Origin: Octopus vulgaris
Taxonomy: Eukaryota
Direction of reading: 5' to 3'
Length of the DNA: 64,000 nt
Assembly: GCA_951406725.2 (NCBI GenBank)
Contig: OX597814.1
Location: 88,040,001-88,104,000 of the forward strand
Shown here: positions 57,228 to 64,000 of the stretch, piece by piece
Layout of the letters: every line of letters begins with the position of its first letter
Position numbering within the stretch: the stretch's first letter is position 1
Position numbers and translations under genes: made by a program
The notes under the pieces: model-generated
What the model saw: only the letters and a program-made list of their open reading frames with translations
What the model was told of the DNA's origin: nothing
The model's database searches: none

Positions 57228-59468
57228 ATATATATACATACATACATGCATGCATACATACATACATACATACATACACACATACTCACATATATATATA
57301 AGTATATGTATATATGTATGTATTTATGCAATTGAGAAATAAGGTTAAACACAAGTTTATTTTATAGTTTATATGCAAGTTACGCCATTATGGATGTTTG
57401 GAGCCTTGCAATAGGTGTTTCAAAAGCATTTAGATGCTCAACCACAACGGATTATTAGGGGACACTTTATTAGGTATGTGTGTGTGTGTGAGTGTGTGTG
57501 CGTGCGAGTGTATCAAAGCTACTAAAAAAGCAGCAAAAGCCCAAGGGAAGTTTGCAGTTAATATTATTAGGTGAAGCTTAAAGAAGAAAGAAAAGTTATA
57601 GAGTAATAATCTAACGTTTCGGACATTACCCTTCATCGGATACCTGAGGTAAGTCCATGACAGACTAGGAATGGAAGGAAGGAGGAAAAGAGATAAAAAG
57701 GAGAGCCAAGAAAAACGCATGTGGGTTAGGTTCACGTGTTCGATCTCTGTTTAACAGCAAATGTGATAGATGATTATATTAAAATAGCAAGATACACAGA
57801 TTACATACGCATACATACATATATAGGTGTAAATAAATAAATAGATACATACACAATAGATAAATAAATACACACACATGTGTGTGAGTGTGTGTTTTAT
57901 TTGTGTTGCAACGTAGAGGTTTGGAGGTACCCTTATCTCTTTTATTGATCAAGTATTTTGTAGCCGTCACTTATTCTGGTTTGTATGTGTGCATACAAGT
58001 TTGCATATATTTGTATGTATTTAGTCTTCAAGGATATATTTTAAAGAGACATCGGTTATGTGAACGCAAGCGAATTATGTGATTGGTCGGCTGTCACCTG
58101 TTACAAACATTTAATGATTCCGTAGTAACGACTACAAGAACAATCAACCGCAGCAACAACAACAACAACAGCAACAACAATCAACTGCTGCAATAATTGC
58201 CATCATGTAGGAAGGAGAACGATGTCACAAAACAAATATGTTTTCTTATCTCAATTTTTAAACAACCATAGGAAGAATCGAAAAATTATATGTAAACAAA
58301 TGTTTTCAAAAATCTATGCAAATAATAGCCAAGCTGTTTATTCTTTCTGTGCGTGTAAGATGTGTGCAATTGGATCTAATCATATATTTTACACTATAGC
58401 ACTAATGTTTGTTTTTCAATAACAACCTTTAGCAAATCTTAAAAGTGCATTTACATTTTATTGTTTGTTACTCAATTAGTTATTTCTTGATAATATGTAG
58501 GAGGAAGTATATTTAGTCAAACGGACAGTTTTCGGTAACGGCAGCTTTGCAAGGAATTAGGTTTGGTCATTTATTTCAGCATAATGCATTTAATTGAGTA
58601 ACAGGTTGGGCCCATAGACAACTTAGAGCATCAAGCTTCTCATGCTAAGCATTTGTTGCTGTTGTTGTTGTTGTTGATGATGATGATAATGATGATGAGG
58701 ATGAAGCTGATGTTGCCGATCCCAAGCCAACTCTGATCAACATACTTATGAAGGTATCCTGACATTTTTGCACGTCTAGGACTTCATAGTCCCATGTTTG
58801 TAAAACATTGAGTTTTGATTTGAAAAAGATTTGGCTGGTATTTTTAGCTAGTCGAACAAGTCTGTAAATGGCCCCTTGCTGACTCGTTATGCCATGACGA
58901 GAAACTACTGAAAGGACCCTACGATATCCAATCTTTTCTGATGCCAATCATTCAGAATATAACTTTGCCAAAGCTGCATTTCAAAGACTGGGCTTCCTCT
59001 TTATATCCAGAAATCCGAGCGTTTAATAACATTTATTTGTACATTCAATAATGTACAAATGTAGATAAAGTAAATATGCTATTCTCAGATCCACTACATA
59101 CATTCTTGTGTATGCACAAAATATTGCATGGATATGCTACATACACACAAAACATAAAAAAACGACAATCTTGTTAATTGTTGAATACTCATTCACCAAT
59201 ACTTCAAACCCGCTAACTCACAATTGCGTTGTTTCTTTGCCTTAAATTTGTTGTTGTAACAGTTGTTATTGCCGCTCTGAAATAGCAAGTAACTTGTCCT
59301 ATCCATTTAAGCCTACCCAACGCATCTACGTTTCCTCTTATCGTACAATGTCTCACATCTTTCCTGCCGAAGTCATATGGAATTGAACCTCTGAGGAGTG
59401 TAGATTATTTTGTTGTAATCTTTGCTCTCATTCTTTCAATGAGGGAATATATATATGTATATATATAC

Positions 59469-59526
<58 letters not shown>

Positions 59527-59597
59527 ATATATAAACATATATATATATATACATATATACATATATATATATATATGTATGTATGCATATATATATA

Positions 59598-59629
<32 letters not shown>

Positions 59630-59861
59630 CGACAAGCTTCTTTCAAGTTCCGTCTATCCACTCACAAGGATTTGGTAGGCTCGAGGCTATAGTAGAATGT
59701 GCCACACAGTGGGACTGAACCCGAAACCATGTGGTTGGTAAGCAAGTTACTTACCACACAGCCACTCCTGAGCCTCGATATTTTAATGTTTTATTTTGAA
59801 AATATGTTACTTTTACATTATTTACATTTGAAAGATATTTGTTCTCATCTTGTTTGTTGTT

Positions 59862-59911
59862 AACACAACGTTTCGGCTGATTTACCTTCCAGCCTTCATC
59901 AATCAGGTGTC
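59862..59911 (-). ncRNA. Minimal hammerhead motif with a 4-nt duplication in the core
   Basis: Minus strand GACAC-CTGATTGATGA-A-GGCTG-GAAGGTAAAT-CAGCC-GAAAC-GTT^GTGTT; stems I and II fully paired. Confidence 0.6.
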
Positions 59912-60015
59912 TTGGGAAATTTCGAACCTGGGTTCTCATTCCTGAGGTATTTTTCGATGTTGTTGCTGTTGTTGTTGTTGTTGTTGTTGTTGTTATTATT
60001 ATTATTATTATTATT

Positions 60016-60546
60016 GAGTGAGAGAGCAGTGCATGCCATCAAATTGACACTGGGGTAAAATATACGAAGCCCAATATACCCATCATGACTACCCGTCTGA
60101 TAAAGGTACACCAGGCACATGCATCACAACCACATGTGCGCGACATGGTGATCTGATATCAAGATAAACAGCACATGACCTTACAGGTGGGGCCCAGTTA
60201 GAATTTTCTTCAGGTTGAGTAGCCCATCCCGCTCAAAAGGTCCCTGAATAAGGGTTGTTTAAGGATGTTGAAAGAACCACCCATGTTTCCAGAGGTGAAT
60301 TATTAAAACCCCAAAGAATCCCTCTCAACTACTTCTGCTCGTGATCAGAGATGCACATATCGTCAGCCACTAAGGGACATGCTCAACTGGTTAAGGTCAA
60401 ACAACTGACAAGCAAATCTGTGGTATTGAGCAGAATATTTGCTGTAGCCCATCTTTTATACCAAGACAAAACAATGTACATGATAACACTTCCAATCAGT
60501 TAAGATCAGAAGCCATGAGAGCCACTGCCTGGTACTGCATCAGGGC

Positions 60547-60548
<2 letters not shown>
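60016..60548 (-). mobile_element. Full-length copy of the ~540-bp (AAT)n-associated element nested in the tRNA/hammerhead module
   Basis: Reverse complement of 12237-12791, with (TTA)n on both sides. Confidence 0.88.
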
Positions 60549-60623
<75 letters not shown>

Positions 60624-60695
60624 TCACTGCTTAGAATCGAACTCAGAATCTTGGGGTTAGCAGCCCGCGCTCTTAACCACTACACCACATACCCG

Positions 60696-60835
60696 TTCGA
60701 AATTTCCCCAAGACACCTGATGAAGGCTGGAGGGTATATCAACCGAAACGTTGTGCTAACAACAAACAAGATGAGGACAAATATCCGTCAAATGTAAATA
60801 ATGTACATAATTCCTCATCTCTTAAATATAGAACA
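60696..60835 (+). mobile_element. Inverted, 5'-truncated duplicate of the module's 3' end (pseudo-LTR-like), copy C
   Basis: Reverse complement of ~59812-59926, joined directly to the 5' end of copy B. Confidence 0.8.
60712..60757 (+). ncRNA. Minimal type I hammerhead ribozyme motif (Penelope-type)
   Basis: GACAC-CTGATGA-A-GGCTG...CAACC-GAAA-C-GTT^GTGCT: canonical core, stem II (CAGCC in the sister copy), palindromic AC/GT stem III, stem I GACAC/GTG(C/T)T. Confidence 0.7.
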
Positions 60836-61019
60836 GTGTTACTTTTGTTCTTATTTATATTTGATCAATCCCTAGTTGCCCGGACGATACTTTGTAAATA
60901 TACTCAAAAACTCAAAAGTTAAAGTAGTGAGAAGAAATATGTACAGTGAGTGATGGATATGTGTTCATGGATCAAAGTTGGTTATGCGTTCATATATAGA
61001 CTTATTCTGTATTTTTCGA

Positions 61020-61510
61020 TGAATAAATTTTCTTTATTTAAACGTTCTTGTATAGAAATTATTTCTTTACACTAATATATGGGTAAAACTGCGAAGTTTG
61101 GTTGGATATTACCTGCACATTTCTCTATGTGTTGCTCAAAGGAATCTGTCTGTATTGTGTGAACCGGATCTGTTCCTTATGTAGTGTGGTTCTCCGTCTC
61201 AGTGTCATACTTGTCTGTCTTATATAGTTATGTCCACAACCTGAGCAGGTTATAACATAAATTAGATTTAAAAAATGAACTACATTCTGAAAACACAAAT
61301 TCATCAAATAGAAAAATCAACGCAAATCGTCGAAAAGACATCTAACAAAGCTTTACACAATAACCACGAAACCAACAGTTAAAAAATGTGGACGCCAAAA
61401 CTGTGAAACATGCCCCAACCTACTGGAAGGCTCAGAATTCCTATTCAAACAAGAAGAAAGGTTCACAATTAAAACCAACTTCACCTGTGCTTCCGGGAAT
61501 CTAATTTACC
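61020..61510. mobile_element. Penelope-like (Neptune-type, Cys-rich linker) GIY-YIG remnant in two inverted pieces
   Basis: Plus strand ~61315-61510: KCGRQNCETCPNLLEG...TIKTNFTCASGNLIY. Minus strand from 61268: NLIYVITCSGCGHNYIRQTSMTLRRRTTLHKEQIR. Confidence 0.8.
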
Positions 61511-61809
61511 TCCCATGTCCCCAATAATAACGATCACCAATCACCTATCCTTAGACTTTTCTACTTGCTGAATCATTCATTCATTCATAAACTTCTCCAC
61601 ATACAACATGGAGTAAAATCTTCTTAAGAAAATACGAAATTATAATAATTTCAATTTCATGATTAGCGAAAGCAAAACCGGTCGACAAATACAATATAAA
61701 GTATATTAAAAACATATTAAAACTATGTCAAGTGTGTGTATTTTCCTTCATTTAATTTATTTCTATTTCTTGAAATATATATATCACTTCAGACAGCTGC
61801 TAGATATAT

Positions 61810-61824
61810 CACTTCAGACAGCTG

Positions 61825-61894
<70 letters not shown>

Positions 61895-61909
61895 CAGCTG
61901 TCTGAAGTG
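61810..61909. repeat. Perfect 100-bp palindrome: 16-bp arms around (TA)34
   Basis: CACTTCAGACAGCTGC-(TA)34-GCAGCTGTCTGAAGTG; an extra copy of the left arm at 61785-61802. Confidence 0.9.
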
Positions 61910-63413
61910 CTCACCCAAGCGTTGTACTATTGCTGAGCTTTTAGTTGAAATGCGTTGTCTAATGATTTTACTATAGAAATGGAACAATACACAGGGCCAA
62001 AAAGAGCTTTTATTGTATCGTAGAACGCATATCATTCAAGAGTTTACCGACTATGTTAAAATTCTTATCTAACACATATTTTTTGTCACAAATCTGATAA
62101 TTTTAACAGAGTGTGAAAGTTAAGTGGGGAAGAACATTTATCATCCATACCATGAGTGCCAACGAAATTTATAAAGAGCAAAGAATGTTCTTATAAATAT
62201 CAGGGTTGTCGACTTAACCGTGACTGAGATGATCTAGCCAACAATGAGCTTCCTTATTGCACAGGTGGGTAAGACCTGTCAGCTTGGTCATGCTGTAGTC
62301 AATAGGGGCCTGTAGTGGATGCATCTATGAAATCTTATACGTATTTAGTTTTCTCTGGAAATCACTGTTGGTCAAGAGCTTTCCGATCCGTTTTTCCCAG
62401 TTCTGGTTCGATAAGACCTGTTTCACACAGCAAATTCGATGTCATAGTAGTGATGACTACTCTCAGAGTAGCTCTTTTGGAAAAAATGTGTAGTTCTAAT
62501 TAAAGAGAATCCTATCTAAGAAGTGGGTGCAACGACGTCGCCAACTTCATGCGGTGTTCTTATATTCTATGTAAGAAGCCTTGATAAGGTATAGCTTTCT
62601 ACAGGTCCTCAGAGATGCTGTTCTCCGACCAGACATTTACTTGCATGTCTCATTTTTGGGTCACCTTTTCTAGGGCCTTTCCTTGTTGGAATGAGCAGTG
62701 GGTTCCAAGATAGGGCTGCTCAGTCACACAGCGGTCTACTGGTAACAGCTTCCATTCACTCCAAGCCACCAGAGACCGTTTCATTATACTGTTGACACAT
62801 AGAGTTCTAACTAAATGCTTCCAGCACACTTAGACTCGTTCTCGTTGAAAGACTCTCCACCGCAACAGATTTTTTTACAGACCAAATATCCATGATCTAT
62901 ATTGCAAAAGATGCATGAGCAATGAAGCATTGTAGTACGACTTGTGTGTGTGTGTTTGTGTTTGTTAGTTTGTGCGTGTGTATGTGTGTGTGTGTATGTA
63001 TGTATGTATGTACGTGTGTGTGTGTGTCTGTGTGTGCGTGCGTGTGTGTGTGTGTGGTATGTTCCCGAGTATAACTATCTTCGTTTAGAAAAAATAGATC
63101 CATGATCTAATAACAGTGATCTAAGATGACTGGTAACACCTCTCAGCTATAGAAGACTGTCGCATATCCAGTTTTATCATAAACCAACTTAATGCTCACC
63201 GCCAGAATTCTTTCCCATCAGGATGTAACAACCTCGTAGTGATTTATAAGTGTCAGGGCATATTCACCAAAAGTCTTGCACAGTATCTCGAGACACACAA
63301 CTACTCCGAGATACATACTGCCAAGTCTGAGAGGAATCTTAATAAGAGCTGTATGTAGGCAAGGGAAGTTCTAGCCTGGAGCAGCGAAATGACTTAATTT
63401 TTCCTCTCACACC

Positions 63414-63465
63414 GTCTCCGATGAAGGGATATTATTTATTAATATCCTGGAAACAGCTGTAAGAC
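63414..63465 (+). ncRNA. Hammerhead-like motif (U4C variant) in a second PLE-type terminal repeat
   Basis: GTCT-CCGATGA-A-GGGATATT-ATTTATT-AATATCCT-G-GAA-ACAGCTGT-A^AGAC: stem I GTCT/AGAC, long stem II, palindromic stem III. Confidence 0.55.
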
Positions 63466-63533
63466 CTTCTATCTATAAATACTCTAATATCTATACAGCA
63501 TTGGATTTTTTTTATCTTATTACGCTAAAAATT

Positions 63534-63581
<48 letters not shown>

Positions 63582-63740
63582 CTTTAGTATTATCTTTAGT
63601 TCCTTTATATATATATACAGCTTCAAATAGCCCCACGCATGTTTATATTGCATCAATTAGTAACCGTTGCAAATACAACCTTACTATAATACCGGTGTAG
63701 TTTCTTCAGGGTCTTCACTTTAATATCCTTTGATTTAACT

Positions 63741-64000
<260 letters not shown>

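Larger units (their letters stand above)
59812..60695 (-). mobile_element. tRNA-headed Penelope terminal module, copy B (interrupted at its internal AAT tract by the ~540-bp element)
   Basis: Head at 60695-60620 (TGGTGTAGTGGTTAAGAGCGCGGGCTGCTAACCC...GAGTTCGATTC); body at 59960-59812 contains a hammerhead motif. Confidence 0.8.

Noticed and set aside
60620-60695. Possible genuine tRNA gene
   Set aside because: The acceptor stem does not pair, the anticodon differs between copies (GCT versus ACT), and it is embedded in a repeat. It is a tRNA-derived head, like those at 9452 and 49116.
62100-62900. Possible Penelope ORF N-terminus on the minus strand
   Set aside because: Only a weak HL..L..C-like pattern with many stops; not enough to call.

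Overview
Eukaryotic, AT-rich and microsatellite-dense genomic DNA. The SINE families and repeat landscape resemble octopus/coleoid cephalopod DNA (inference). There is one host gene: an 11-coding-exon GH18 chitinase on the minus strand (CDS 54037 to 22934). I reconstructed it by hand as 1422 nt / 473 aa, with a signal peptide, an intact FDGLDIDWEYP catalytic motif, a Thr/Pro linker and a C-terminal CBM14 domain; all introns are GT-AG with consistent phases. The rest is mobile DNA: a near-intact DD34D mariner with 37-bp TIRs and one frameshift, mariner and Tc2/pogo-type MITEs, a foldback family with telomere-like cores, Penelope-like (PLE), R4/Dong, RTE and CR1/L2-type remnants, several tRNA-derived SINE families, and a ~540-bp non-coding element that sits in (AAT)n tracts. 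The most interesting observation is a short element joining a tRNA-like Pol III head to a Penelope-type minimal hammerhead ribozyme. It occurs both as the 3' end of a Penelope ORF and as a free copy with an inverted terminal duplication, which makes it a candidate PLE-mobilised SINE. Almost all short ORFs in the supplied track are microsatellite or repeat artefacts.
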